From a virus (taxonomy: Duplodnaviria; Heunggongvirae; Uroviricota; Caudoviricetes), in IMG/VR virus record IMGVR_UViG_2531839663_000008, positions 1 to 42,768 of that record: 42,768 nt of DNA. One strand, written 5' to 3'. A program made the translations under genes and the position numbers. The notes under the pieces were generated by a model. It was not told where the DNA came from and searched no databases. It saw only the letters and a list, made by a program, of their open reading frames with translations. This document shows, piece by piece, positions 9,221-18,274 of the stretch (position 1 is the stretch's first letter; each line of letters begins with the position of its first letter).

Positions 9221-9288
9221 TTTTAGCAAAATGATAAATGTGCAAATTGCTAAATGATGCTTGCGTAGTATTTAGCATAACGCTAAAC
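9221..9288. promoter_or_regulatory. Right operator array (OR-like) with divergent PR/PRM-type promoters
   Basis: TTTAGCAAAATGATAAA (9222-9238) and perfect dyad ATTTAGCATAACGCTAAA (9270-9287), same consensus as the left array; lies between cI and cro. Confidence 0.6.
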
Positions 9289-9319
9289 TCCAAATCAAAC
9301 GACTCACCCGGAGACACCA

Positions 9320-9553
9320 ATGAGCACTGAACTACACCGCTGGCGCAAGGCCGCCACTACCGACGAATGGGCGCAGCTCGCAAAGTTGGCTAACACGACG
9401 CCAGGTTACCTGGACCAGATCGCCTACGGAAATCGCCGGGCATCTCCAGAAATGGCATCTGCTATCGAGAAAGGCACGAAGAATTTTCACCGCCAGGCTC
9501 CGGTCCTAAAAGAAAGCCTGGTATTCGCATCGCCGCGTGATACTGCGGCCTAA
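9320..9553 (+). CDS. cro: Cro-like HTH regulator (Cro/YdaS-type)
   Basis: 77 aa; HTH segment TTPGYLDQIAYGNRRAS; GGAGA RBS upstream; divergent from cI across the operators. Confidence 0.6.
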   Translation: MSTELHRWRKAATTDEWAQLAKLANTTPGYLDQIAYGNRRASPEMASAIEKGTKNFHRQAPVLKESLVFASPRDTAA

Positions 9554-9570
9554 CCACGAAAGGGAAAGCA

Positions 9571-10116
9571 ATGCATTCACTTGCGTATCAACAAGGTAAC
9601 AAATTTTCGCCAACGGCGATGATTTACCAGAATCGCCGGGAGCCTGATTCCACGGCGTTAAACATCGATGGGATCCGCGCAGCTGTTCGCGCCTGGGCAG
9701 CTGATTGCCGAAGCCGTGAATTTGTCGCCGCGCTGATCGTGGAAGAGTGGCGGGCGTCCGGCGGAACCGGTCTGGATATCCCGACTGACTCGCACCGCCA
9801 GATGCAGAAAGTGTTTCGATGGATTGATGGCGATACCGAATACGCCGCCAACAACATTCGCCAGCTGGCCCCGGCAATCATGTCGGTCCTGCCGCTGGAG
9901 TACCGAAACCGTCTGGCGCCGCAGAACGACACGATGTCGCTGATCGCCTCTGCGATGAAAGAGTGTGCCGAGGCTAAACAGGCCGTGCTGCTGGACGCTC
10001 CAGAGCATCAGAAGCTCAAAGAGGTAAGCGAGGGTATAGCGTCGCTGTTCCGCCTCATGCCGGAGCAGGTAGGACCGCTGATGACGATGGTTACATCGAT
10101 GCTGGGGGTTATATGA
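9571..10116 (+). CDS. Phage regulatory protein at CII-like position (family uncertain, possibly YdaT-like)
   Basis: 181-aa ORF directly after cro-like gene and before the replication genes. Confidence 0.4.
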   Translation: MHSLAYQQGNKFSPTAMIYQNRREPDSTALNIDGIRAAVRAWAADCRSREFVAALIVEEWRASGGTGLDIPTDSHRQMQKVFRWIDGDTEYAANNIRQLAPAIMSVLPLEYRNRLAPQNDTMSLIASAMKECAEAKQAVLLDAPEHQKLKEVSEGIASLFRLMPEQVGPLMTMVTSMLGVI

Positions 10117-10201
10117 GAGGCACAAGAAAAGAAAAAGCCCTTGAAGCGGTAACTTCAAAGGCCCTTATCACACTGTGTTACGCCAAGTAACGGGAGTAAG
10201 T

Positions 10202-11110
10202 ATGTCAAACACCGCTGAAATAATCAATTTCCCAAATAAAACCGAACAACCGGGAGGTCGTATGGTCGACCTGTCGAACGGGTATACCAAGGTCGCTAAC
10301 GAGATCCAACAGCTTAAGCCTCGCCTGAGACTGTCAGGCCGGGAATGGCAATGTTTTGAGGCGGTGATCTGGCTTACCTACGGCTGGAACAAGAAACAGG
10401 ACCGCGTGACAAATACGGTTATTGCCGAGCTTACGGGCCTGAGCGATACGCATGTATCGGACGCGCTTAAGTCTCTCGCAGAACGCAAAATCATCTTTTC
10501 ACAGAAGCAGGGCATGATGAAAATCGTCGGTGTAAACACTGACCTTTCAGCATGGATTTTAGACAAACCGGAAACGGGAAGAAAATTCCCGAAAACGGGA
10601 AAATCCTTCCCGAAATCAGGAATAACCTTCCCGAAAACGGTAGACACCCAATACAAGAACAAGAACAGTATTAAAAGATCTTCGTCCGAGAATTCTGACG
10701 AATCCTCTGACGCACGTCTGAAGAAATTTTTATCAACTCATCCTGAAGCTGCGGTCTACACACCATCCGGTGCGAAGTGGGGCTCTGCTGAAGACCTCGA
10801 GACAGCTAAGTGGATTTCCTCCAGGGTGAAGCTGATTAACCCAACCTGCAAAGCCCCGGACATGACCTCCTGGTCTAACACTGTTCGCCTGATGCGCCAG
10901 ATAGACAACCGGTCGCACCAGGACATCTGCGCGCTGTATGACTGGGCTAGCAAACACCACTTCTGGCAGACCAACATCCTGAGTCCCGAAAGCCTGCGTA
11001 AGCAGTGGGACAAGCTGACAATGCAGCGTAACGCCGGAGGTGAGCAGCGCGCTGTCAAGCCAGATCTGGACTTCAACAACACTGACTGGGCCTATGGGGT
11101 GATCCGATGA
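10202..11110 (+). CDS. Replication initiation protein, lambda O-like
   Basis: Start at ATG preceded by GGGAG RBS; iteron array lies inside the gene and encodes FPKTG/FPKSG peptide repeats; immediately followed by P-like gene. Confidence 0.75.
   Translation: MSNTAEIINFPNKTEQPGGRMVDLSNGYTKVANEIQQLKPRLRLSGREWQCFEAVIWLTYGWNKKQDRVTNTVIAELTGLSDTHVSDALKSLAERKIIFSQKQGMMKIVGVNTDLSAWILDKPETGRKFPKTGKSFPKSGITFPKTVDTQYKNKNSIKRSSSENSDESSDARLKKFLSTHPEAAVYTPSGAKWGSAEDLETAKWISSRVKLINPTCKAPDMTSWSNTVRLMRQIDNRSHQDICALYDWASKHHFWQTNILSPESLRKQWDKLTMQRNAGGEQRAVKPDLDFNNTDWAYGVIR
10566..10700. repeat. Putative replication origin: four direct iterons plus AT-rich segment inside the O-like gene
   Basis: Repeats with core TCCCGAAAACGG(G), each with internal dyad symmetry (CCCGAAAACGGG), at about 10568-10645, followed by AT-rich DNA. 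Confidence 0.65.
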
Positions 11111-11796
11111 AATCTCTTGCAGAGCAGATGCGTAACCACGACCGCGAGCAGATGAGCCGCATGGCCCATAACCTGCCAGAGCAGTACCAGGAGTGCGCGC
11201 CGGTCGAGCAGGTGGCGCAGGTATTCAACAAGCTGTTCAACGAGCTGCGCGCCGCGTTCCCGGCCAGCATGGCGAACTTCCGCACCCAGGAAGACCTGAA
11301 CGAATTCCGCCGTCAGTGGCTGCTGGCGTTTCAGGAGAACGGGATCCACACCATGGCTCAGGTCGATGCCGGCATGCGCATTGCCCGCCGCCAGGAGCGC
11401 CCATTCCTGCCGTCGCCGGGCCAGTTCGTCGCCTGGTGCAAGCAGAGCGGCGGCGCGCTGGGCGTCAACGTTGACCAGGTGATCGCCGAATACTGGGACT
11501 GGCGTAACCGCTCGTTCGAATTCATCTCCAGCGAGCAATTTCCATGGTCGCAGCCGGTCATGTACCACATTTGCGTAGAATTGCGCCACCGCAGCACCGA
11601 GCGCCAGTTAACGCATGGTGAACTGGCACGCGAGGCAGGCGATCTGCTGGACATGTGGGAAAGGCGCGTCACCGAGGGTAAGCCAGTGCCGCCGGTACGC
11701 CGGGCTATTGCCGCACCAGCTGCCGAGCAAGGGCCGACGCCGATCCAGCTGCTGCTGGCCAAGTACAACCGCAACAAGTCGAACGGGATGGTGTGA
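11107..11796 (+). CDS. Replication protein P-like (helicase loader)
   Basis: 229 aa; start overlaps O-like stop by 4 nt; lambda-P-like position; family assignment by recollection only. Confidence 0.65.
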   Translation: MKSLAEQMRNHDREQMSRMAHNLPEQYQECAPVEQVAQVFNKLFNELRAAFPASMANFRTQEDLNEFRRQWLLAFQENGIHTMAQVDAGMRIARRQERPFLPSPGQFVAWCKQSGGALGVNVDQVIAEYWDWRNRSFEFISSEQFPWSQPVMYHICVELRHRSTERQLTHGELAREAGDLLDMWERRVTEGKPVPPVRRAIAAPAAEQGPTPIQLLLAKYNRNKSNGMV

Positions 11797-11797
11797 C

Positions 11798-12142
11798 ATG
11801 AACATAACAATCCGTGAGCAGGTGCTGGCAGCCCTGCGCAACAACCCAGGGTTGAACAACGCCAAACTGGCAGGGCTTATCGGCATGGACACCAAAAAGA
11901 TATCCGGAACGGTGAGCACGCTGCTGGCAGACGGCCTGATCCGCTGCGAAGGAAAATACGGCCAGCGCCTTTACAGCCTGACCAGCTACGGAATGCGCTT
12001 CGCCCCTGACACGATACTTGGCATGAAGCAGGGTAAGTCGAAGTTAATTCAGCGGACGGACACAAATGTGATCTGCCAGGAGTGCCGCAACAGCGCGGCG
12101 ATGAGAAGGGTATTGATGGTTTGGGGGAGGGTAGGGGTATGA
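11798..12142 (+). CDS. Hypothetical protein with winged-helix-like N-terminus
   Basis: Start at ATG one nt after P-like stop (MNITIREQVLAALRNNPGL...); ORF-track start 11615 is an over-extension into the P-like gene. Confidence 0.5.
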   Translation: MNITIREQVLAALRNNPGLNNAKLAGLIGMDTKKISGTVSTLLADGLIRCEGKYGQRLYSLTSYGMRFAPDTILGMKQGKSKLIQRTDTNVICQECRNSAAMRRVLMVWGRVGV

Positions 12143-12600
12143 CAAACGTAAGTGCAGTAGAAAAAATGGCTGAATTAATGCAGCAGATGGAAGAGAACTC
12201 GCCCCGAGTTGCTGCTCTCCAGTATTGCCTGACACAGGTTGCGGAAAAAGTCGAAGAAGCAGAAAAGCGCAATGCGGAGCTTGAAGCCAGATGCGCTGCG
12301 CTGAGTGCGGAGAATTCGGGACTGAAGTCAGCGATTGACGCAACTATCGGATGGCAGCAATCAACCGATCCGGAGAATGTCGAAAGCGTTCGAATGCTGG
12401 TCGACGTTAAAACCCCGGTAACCGACGCTTTCCTGGCTGAAGTTCTGGCGCATGGGGTGGAGATGGCGGCTTGCGCTCTTGATGACGTAAACCAGTTTAA
12501 TTACGCAAACATGCTTGACGATTTAGCGCAGAAACTTCGCAAGGACTCCAACACCGCAGACCCGTTAGCCGCTGGCATCATCACTGAGGTGGGGGATTAG
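12139..12600 (+). CDS. Hypothetical coiled-coil protein
   Basis: Start at MTNVSAVEK... overlapping the upstream stop by 4 nt. Confidence 0.45.
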   Translation: MTNVSAVEKMAELMQQMEENSPRVAALQYCLTQVAEKVEEAEKRNAELEARCAALSAENSGLKSAIDATIGWQQSTDPENVESVRMLVDVKTPVTDAFLAEVLAHGVEMAACALDDVNQFNYANMLDDLAQKLRKDSNTADPLAAGIITEVGD

Positions 12601-12603
12601 GGT

Positions 12604-12831
12604 ATGGCTAAGTCACAAATGAAATTGGCTAATCGCGCATGGCGTACAGAAACAAAGGCTTTGGGCTGGCATGAAGGGCGTGGGATGAATCGCAAGCAAT
12701 GGAAAACTTTCTGCCGGGAAAATGCCGCCACAACCGTAGAGTCGCAAAAATACAGCGATTGTCCTGTATTTGGCGATCAGCAAGAAGCCAGAGAAATCGT
12801 TGCCGAAGAACTTACCGAATGGACACTATAG
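12604..12831 (+). CDS. Hypothetical small protein
   Basis: 75-aa ORF, co-directional and tightly packed. Confidence 0.4.
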   Translation: MAKSQMKLANRAWRTETKALGWHEGRGMNRKQWKTFCRENAATTVESQKYSDCPVFGDQQEAREIVAEELTEWTL

Positions 12832-12840
12832 GGCTAACCC

Positions 12841-13512
12841 ATGACCAAACTAACCAAAGAACGCTTGGAAGAAATCGCAGAGCTTGCAAGAAAGGCGACG
12901 TACAAGCCATGTGCAATGCACATGACGAATTTATTGGTAGTATGCGATAGCGAAGTTATCGAGGAAATGGCCCGCCAGTTGCTTGCAAGCATGGAGCAGG
13001 AGCCTGTGTCGTACACCTGTAGTGACGCGTTAGATGATGTTTACTGTGGTAGCGCAGCCATGATGGGGCCCGCTGGCGCTGTGGGAGAAGTACCACTCTA
13101 CGCAGCACCACAGTTACCGCAGCCAGCGGTGTTATCAGTGTCTGAGGGCGTGCTTAAAAGCCTCTTACCCGATGTTGAGAAGTCCGAGTTCTGGTTTGAG
13201 CATAATGGGAAAATCTTTTTTGAAGGTGTGAGGTTTAACAATGCGGTATTTGAAGCCTGCCGCGCCGCCATGCTTCAGGGTGCCGAACTTGTAAGTAATC
13301 GTGATGAGTTGCCGGATGGTTGGGTGGCTTGCAGTGAGCGGATGCCGGAGAAAGCTGATGAAGTTTTGTGTGCCAAAGAATTCGATGGTCCAGGTGATTG
13401 GCGCCAAAAGGTTGGTTATTACTTAGCGGGGAAATGGACGGTGTATAGCGCATCATGGACGCCGACCCACTGGATGCCACTGCCAGCAGCACCGCGGCAG
13501 GAGCTGAAGTGA
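12841..13512 (+). CDS. DUF551-like phage protein
   Basis: C-terminal GWVACSERMPEK ... GKWTVYSASWTPTHWMPLP resembles the DUF551 signature. Confidence 0.55.
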   Translation: MTKLTKERLEEIAELARKATYKPCAMHMTNLLVVCDSEVIEEMARQLLASMEQEPVSYTCSDALDDVYCGSAAMMGPAGAVGEVPLYAAPQLPQPAVLSVSEGVLKSLLPDVEKSEFWFEHNGKIFFEGVRFNNAVFEACRAAMLQGAELVSNRDELPDGWVACSERMPEKADEVLCAKEFDGPGDWRQKVGYYLAGKWTVYSASWTPTHWMPLPAAPRQELK

Positions 13513-13548
13513 CGAACAAGATGACGAGAGTTACCATAGATATAAATC

Positions 13549-13572
13549 AAGGCCCTTAGGGGCCTTTTATTC
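13549..13572 (+). terminator. Intrinsic terminator
   Basis: GGCCC-TTAG-GGGCC hairpin followed by TTTTATT. Confidence 0.6.
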
Positions 13573-13587
13573 TATGATAAACGGACT

Positions 13588-13932
13588 TTGTTTGAGAGTG
13601 ACGCCATGAAGCCCAAGAAGCTAAATGCTGAGCAGCAATACAAATTAGACCTTGAATTGGTCAAGAAGAAGCCTGCGAACCGGACCGAGGCAAAAGCCCA
13701 TTTGGCCTCACAGTTACGGATCAGCAAGTACAAGACGCAGACCTCTTCCAAAATCCGCGTAGGCAGTTTTAAGGGGCGGAAGAAGGTACATTTCAGTAAG
13801 GCGGAACGAGCAGCCAGGGCAGCACTAAATAAAGCAAATGCCATTAGATTTTCCGAAGGGGAGGTCGAGTCCGTCGATACGGATAGAATCTCAGAAAGTA
13901 ACAAACGCTGGCGCGGGAGAACTGCTGACTAA
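13588..13932 (+). CDS. Hypothetical basic (K/R-rich) protein
   Basis: 114-aa ORF after the terminator; start could instead be the ATG at 13606. Confidence 0.4.
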   Translation: MFESDAMKPKKLNAEQQYKLDLELVKKKPANRTEAKAHLASQLRISKYKTQTSSKIRVGSFKGRKKVHFSKAERAARAALNKANAIRFSEGEVESVDTDRISESNKRWRGRTAD

Positions 13933-14186
13933 TGTCTGACTGGAATATTGCTGCAAAGCCGCAGGAAGAACGCGACAAGGTCAACGTTGACCTGGCAGCC
14001 TCCGGCGTAGCCTACAAAGAGCGCCTGAACATGCCGGTTATCGCTGAGGTGGTGATGCGTGAGCAGCCCGAGCATTTGCGTGATTACTTCCTTGAGCGTC
14101 TGAAGTTTTATCGCGAGAAGTCGATAGATTTACCAAGGGCATCCGATCCGCGGTACATGGAAATGGCTGATTCTAATAAAAAATAA
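13932..14186 (+). CDS. Hypothetical small protein
   Basis: 84 aa; start overlaps the upstream stop (translational coupling). Confidence 0.4.
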   Translation: MSDWNIAAKPQEERDKVNVDLAASGVAYKERLNMPVIAEVVMREQPEHLRDYFLERLKFYREKSIDLPRASDPRYMEMADSNKK

Positions 14187-14237
14187 GCCCTAACGTGTTG
14201 ATGACCTTATCAGACCTAAACAGGAGGTTTTTCTAAA

Positions 14238-14777
14238 GTGATTAATATCATTGTTGATTCCAATGCTTGGAATTTTTTACATGTGAGTGGGATCTCCTTA
14301 AGCAACGAGCTTCTTAGCGATTATAACTTTCAGATAACATTAGAGGTGTCTCGTGAATTGCAGGAGTTAGTGGGCAAGGAAGGGAAGGAAGCTCTTTATG
14401 AATTCTTTGTAAGTGAGACTCAGTCGCTTGAAGAGCCCTTATGCTATTTTGGTTTTTACAATGAGTCAGTGCCTGCTGATGAACAGCGGTTTGGTGGATT
14501 TGGTGTTGGCGGGTTCGCATCTGTTCATCAAGATGATTATTTTCAGAAAACATTCCGCCAAATAAAATCATCAAAGCGTGGTATTTATTATGGCAATGAA
14601 GCTGACATGCTGATCGGGTCAAGAGGAATTGGGAACACTTTCATACTAACAGAAGATAATAATAAGTCAGGCCCGATGAAAGAGGCTGAGAACACTATCT
14701 TTGTTTCAAGAAAATTTCCTATGACTGTGGAGCAGTTTAAGGAATATCTTGATCTTGAAACCTCAAAAACTCTTTAG
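14238..14777 (+). CDS. PIN-like domain protein (putative nuclease), AT-rich accessory gene
   Basis: GTG start; N-terminal IIVDSNAWNFL and C-terminal EADMLIGSRGIGNTFILTEDNN match PIN-domain strand/acidic-residue patterns; gene is visibly AT-rich versus flanks. Confidence 0.45.
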   Translation: MINIIVDSNAWNFLHVSGISLSNELLSDYNFQITLEVSRELQELVGKEGKEALYEFFVSETQSLEEPLCYFGFYNESVPADEQRFGGFGVGGFASVHQDDYFQKTFRQIKSSKRGIYYGNEADMLIGSRGIGNTFILTEDNNKSGPMKEAENTIFVSRKFPMTVEQFKEYLDLETSKTL

Positions 14778-14964
14778 TTACTGCGCTTTGATTTTTCATA
14801 ATCACTCCGCCATAATCATGTCATCGGAGCCTGAACAACTCCGGTGACTTCTTCGCATTTAAGGGGACTTAAATGCGACCACAATCTGAACTCATCGCCT
14901 TGTCACAGATGCAGACATGCACCTGCGATTTTCTGCATTCTGCGGTTTCCGTCAAGGAGGCCGT

Positions 14965-15420
14965 ATGATTATCTCCAAAGACGGCATCAAGCTACACCGT
15001 GGAAATCTTGGTGCTATCACTCAGCATCTGAAGCCACTTCTCGAAAACGGTGAGTGCTTCCGGCTCCAACTCAAAGACTGGCGCGAGAAGAGAAGCCTTT
15101 CACAAAATAGTCTGAGCCACGTTTGGTACAAGGAAATAAGCGACTACCTGATCAAGTCTGGGCGCACTGACGCAACGCCTGCATGGGTAAAGCGAAACCT
15201 CAAAAAAACTTATCTGGGTTATGAAGAGGTTGAGTACACCGATTTCGTCACCGGAATTAAGACGATTGAATTAGAACTCCGCCACACGTCCGATCTGGAC
15301 ACTGGCGACATGCACCATTTCATGTGCCAGGTGGAAGGCTGGTGCGCTCAGTTTGGCCTGGTGCTCACAATCCCTCAAAGCAGCGAATTTCAGGTGCTGC
15401 GCGATAAGCAGGAGGCCTGA
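14965..15420 (+). CDS. ninB: NinB-like recombination protein
   Basis: Start at MIISKDGIK with AAGGAGG RBS; central SLSQNSLSHVWYKEISD resembles the NinB conserved region. Confidence 0.65.
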   Translation: MIISKDGIKLHRGNLGAITQHLKPLLENGECFRLQLKDWREKRSLSQNSLSHVWYKEISDYLIKSGRTDATPAWVKRNLKKTYLGYEEVEYTDFVTGIKTIELELRHTSDLDTGDMHHFMCQVEGWCAQFGLVLTIPQSSEFQVLRDKQEA

Positions 15421-15590
15421 TGTCAACTCCACTTTCCCGCGTCATCACAAACGAAATCTTTCGCGTTCCAGCGCGCCGCAAGCCTAAGCCCGCGGTTAAG
15501 CCGTCCGATATCCCGACCCTGAAAGACTACACCGCCCGCCTGGTGGATCAGAAATGGCTGCGTCTCGCAGCGAGGAGAAAATCAGCATGA
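15420..15590 (+). CDS. Small basic protein, possibly NinE-like (56 aa), absent from ORF track
   Basis: ATG overlaps ninB stop; ends ...[12 protein letters not shown]; stop overlaps the phosphatase start (ATGA); similarity to NinE is from memory only. Confidence 0.35.
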   Translation: MSTPLSRVITNEIFRVPARRKPKPAVKPSDIPTLKDYTARLVDQKWLRLAARRKSA

Positions 15591-16255
15591 GCATGTATCA
15601 ACGAATTAATGGCGCTGACTGGCGCAATATCTTCGTCGTCGGCGATCTGCATGGGTGCTACACGCTGCTGATGAATGAGCTCGAAAAGGTTTCGTTCGAC
15701 CCTGCGCGTGATTTGCTGATCTCGGTTGGTGACCTTGTTGACCGCGGCGCGGAAAACGTCGAGTGCCTGGATCTGATTACTATGCCGTGGTTCAGGGCAG
15801 TGCGCGGTAACCATGAGCAGATGATGGTTGATGGGCTTTCAGAGCATGGAAACGTCAATCACTGGCTGGTAAACGGTGGCGGTTGGTTCTTCAATCTCGA
15901 CTATGACAAAGAGGTGCTGGCTAAGGCTCTGGTTCACAAGGCAGCTGAGTTACCACTCATCATCGAGCTGGTTACCTCCGATCGGAAAATCGTAATTTGC
16001 CACGCTGACTACCCGCATAACGAATATGCGTTCGACAAGCCGGTCCCGAAAGACATGGTCATCTGGAATCGTGAGCGGGTTAGCGACGCTCAGGGCGGCA
16101 TTGTCTCGCCGATAGCCGGTGCTGATCTGTTTATCTTCGGCCACACCCCTGCGCGCCAGCCCCTGAAGTATACCAACCAGATGTACATCGACACAGGAGC
16201 GGTGTTTTGCGGAAACCTCACGCTGGTTCAGGTGCAAGGTGGTGACCATGAGTAA
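15587..16255 (+). CDS. Serine/threonine protein phosphatase (lambda NinI-like metallophosphatase)
   Basis: GDLHG, GDLVDRG and GNHE metallophosphoesterase motifs in order. Confidence 0.85.
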   Translation: MSMYQRINGADWRNIFVVGDLHGCYTLLMNELEKVSFDPARDLLISVGDLVDRGAENVECLDLITMPWFRAVRGNHEQMMVDGLSEHGNVNHWLVNGGGWFFNLDYDKEVLAKALVHKAAELPLIIELVTSDRKIVICHADYPHNEYAFDKPVPKDMVIWNRERVSDAQGGIVSPIAGADLFIFGHTPARQPLKYTNQMYIDTGAVFCGNLTLVQVQGGDHE

Positions 16256-16532
16256 AACCTACCGCAGCAAGAAGTGGCTCGCCGCAGTCGGCCAGATTGA
16301 GCAATGCGTCCTTTGCGGAGCGTGGGGCGTACAGGTAGCACACCGCAATGAAGGTAAGGGAATTGGCATGAAGACAGACGACTGCGCCACCGCCGCTATC
16401 TGTGTCACCTGCCATTCAGAGATTGATAACGGGAAGGGGCTTAGCCGTGACGAGCGCCGCCAGTTAATGGATCGCGCCATCGTCCTGACCATTATTCAGA
16501 TTGCCCGTCGTGGCTTGGTGGTGCCTGCATGA
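16239..16532 (+). CDS. DUF1364-like Cys-rich protein (YbcO-like)
   Basis: 97 aa with CVLCG ... CVTCH cysteine pairs; immediately upstream of rusA, as ybcO is in DLP12. Confidence 0.5.
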   Translation: MVTMSKTYRSKKWLAAVGQIEQCVLCGAWGVQVAHRNEGKGIGMKTDDCATAAICVTCHSEIDNGKGLSRDERRQLMDRAIVLTIIQIARRGLVVPA

Positions 16533-16888
16533 AAATCTACAACATCACACCAATCGGCAAGCCTCGCATGACCCGCGCGGATAAGTGGAAGCAGCGTCCA
16601 CCTGTAATGCGTTACCGCGCTTTTTGCGATGAGGTCCGCCTGCGCAAGTTGACCATGCCTGAATCCGGATCACATGTGACATTCGTCCTACCAATGCCAC
16701 CAAGCTGGAGTAAGAAGAAACGAGCGGAGTTCGCCGGGAAGCCCCACCAGGCCAAGCCAGACTGCGACAACATGCTGAAAGCCCTGATGGATGCGCTTTA
16801 TGAGGATGATGCTCACATCTGGGATTGCCGCATCACAAAGGTCTGGGGAGAGAAGGGGCAGATCATTATCGGGGAGTGCGCACCGTGA
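16529..16888 (+). CDS. rusA: RusA-family Holliday junction resolvase
   Basis: 119 aa; acidic KPDCDNMLKALMDAL motif typical of RusA; 4-nt overlap with upstream gene. Confidence 0.75.
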   Translation: MKIYNITPIGKPRMTRADKWKQRPPVMRYRAFCDEVRLRKLTMPESGSHVTFVLPMPPSWSKKKRAEFAGKPHQAKPDCDNMLKALMDALYEDDAHIWDCRITKVWGEKGQIIIGECAP

Positions 16889-16997
16889 CCAGAGACGAGA
16901 TAACCCGATATCAGGCCGAAAGCGTTAAGCGCGCCAACCTGCCGCCAATAGCAAAGCACAGCCAGACCAAAACCAACCAGCCACAGAAGGAAGCCGC

Positions 16998-17687
16998 ATG
17001 AACAGTCAGCAACTGGAATACGTACGTCAGCAGCTCATTGTGGCGACCGCAGACCTCAGCGGGGCGACGAAAGGGCAGCTGGTAGCTTTCGCCGAGAACG
17101 CGCAATTCACCGCGACGGCGCGGAGTCGGGGCCGGAAAAAGGTATTCGACAAGGATAAGCAGCGCATGGTCAATCCTGACGGCCAGCCGATGAGCGGCAA
17201 CCAGTCCCGCGCTAAGGGCTCGTCTATCGCGCTGGTGGGCCCGGTAGAGTACGGGACCGCATCGTGGCGCCGCGCTGTTCTGTCGCTTGAAGACCATCAG
17301 AAAGCGTGGCTGCTATGGAACTATAGCGAGAACGTGCGCTGGTGCTATCAGGTGGAAATCACTCAATGGGCGTGGGCAGAGTTCCGGGAGCAGCTCGGCG
17401 CGAAGAAGGTGGCCGGCAAAACGATGGAGCGCCTGAAGAAGCTTGTCTGGCTCGCGGCTCAGGACGTGAAAGCAGAGCTGGCAGGGCGTGAGACGTACGA
17501 ATATCAGGCGCTGGCGTCGCTGGTTGGCGTAACGCCAAAAAACTGGTCAGAGACCTTTACTGACCGCTGGGTTGAGATGCGCAGCATCTTCCTGCGACTG
17601 GATAGCGGGGCTTTATTGCAGGTTACGCGATCACGTTCACAACAAAAGGCGACAAATTTAGACTCAAGTCTTGCAAAACTGGATTGA
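16998..17687 (+). CDS. Late-gene antiterminator, Q-like (by position; family unverified)
   Basis: 229-aa ORF directly upstream of a strong sigma70-like promoter plus terminators and the lysis cassette. Confidence 0.5.
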   Translation: MNSQQLEYVRQQLIVATADLSGATKGQLVAFAENAQFTATARSRGRKKVFDKDKQRMVNPDGQPMSGNQSRAKGSSIALVGPVEYGTASWRRAVLSLEDHQKAWLLWNYSENVRWCYQVEITQWAWAEFREQLGAKKVAGKTMERLKKLVWLAAQDVKAELAGRETYEYQALASLVGVTPKNWSETFTDRWVEMRSIFLRLDSGALLQVTRSRSQQKATNLDSSLAKLD

Positions 17688-17699
17688 AACGCATATATT
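17671..17699 (+). promoter_or_regulatory. Late promoter (PR'-like)
   Basis: -35 TTGCAA (17671-17676), 17-bp spacer, -10 TATATT (17694-17699); overlaps the 3' end of the Q-like gene. Confidence 0.6.
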
Positions 17700-17752
17700 T
17701 CATGTAAATCTGATATCGTCGCCATAGCTTCGTAGGTCGACAAAGAATTAAG

Positions 17753-17784
17753 AGCCTCGCCATCGTGCGGGGCTTTTTTATTTG
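17753..17784 (+). terminator. Intrinsic terminator (tR'-like, first)
   Basis: GCCUCGC / GCGGGGC stem with one G-U pair, followed by TTTTTTATTTG. Confidence 0.6.
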
Positions 17785-17857
17785 CGGTACGCAGCACACA
17801 GAACCCACTACCTGGGACCCTTCGGCCAGAGAGCCGACATTGCCTTACCCTCACATT

Positions 17858-17884
17858 GCCAGCCTGTCGCTGGCTTTTTTATTT
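17858..17884 (+). terminator. Intrinsic terminator (second, tandem)
   Basis: GCCAGC-CTGTC-GCTGGC hairpin followed by TTTTTTATTTG. Confidence 0.6.
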
Positions 17885-17956
17885 GCGATGTCCGGTCGTT
17901 GTTTCCTGGCATCCTTCCACTCTACACAAACAGCACCCCGTTCTTTCGGAGGTGAT

Positions 17957-18274
17957 ATGGCAAAGCGTATGAATGACGACCATAAAATTGTAGGCCTGTC
18001 CTGGTTAGTCCTGCTCGGCATTGCATGCTGGGGCGGTTTAGTTCGCTACCTGATCGACGTAAAGCAGAATAAAGCGACATGGAGCTGGATAAACGCGCTG
18101 GCACAGATCGCTGTCTCCGGCTTTACCGGTTTGATTGGCGGGTTGATAAGCGTGGAGAGTGGGTTGAGTTTTCACATGATCCTTGTCACGTCCGGCATTA
18201 GCGGGGCGATGGGTTCAGTGGCTCTGACCTATTTCTGGGAACGCTTGACGGGGATGAAGAATGCAAACCAGTGA
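17957..18274 (+). CDS. Holin
   Basis: 105 aa starting MAKRMNDDHK; hydrophobic TM segments; overlaps the lysozyme start; first gene of the lysis cassette. Confidence 0.65.
   Translation: MAKRMNDDHKIVGLSWLVLLGIACWGGLVRYLIDVKQNKATWSWINALAQIAVSGFTGLIGGLISVESGLSFHMILVTSGISGAMGSVALTYFWERLTGMKNANQ

Noticed and set aside
9506-10158. Minus-strand ORFs of 102-166 aa
   Set aside because: Antisense to the cro-like and CII-position genes in a region of strongly plus-strand transcription.
11615-11797. Upstream extension of the 11798-12142 gene
   Set aside because: Overlaps the P-like gene in another frame; the ATG at 11798 directly follows the P-like stop.
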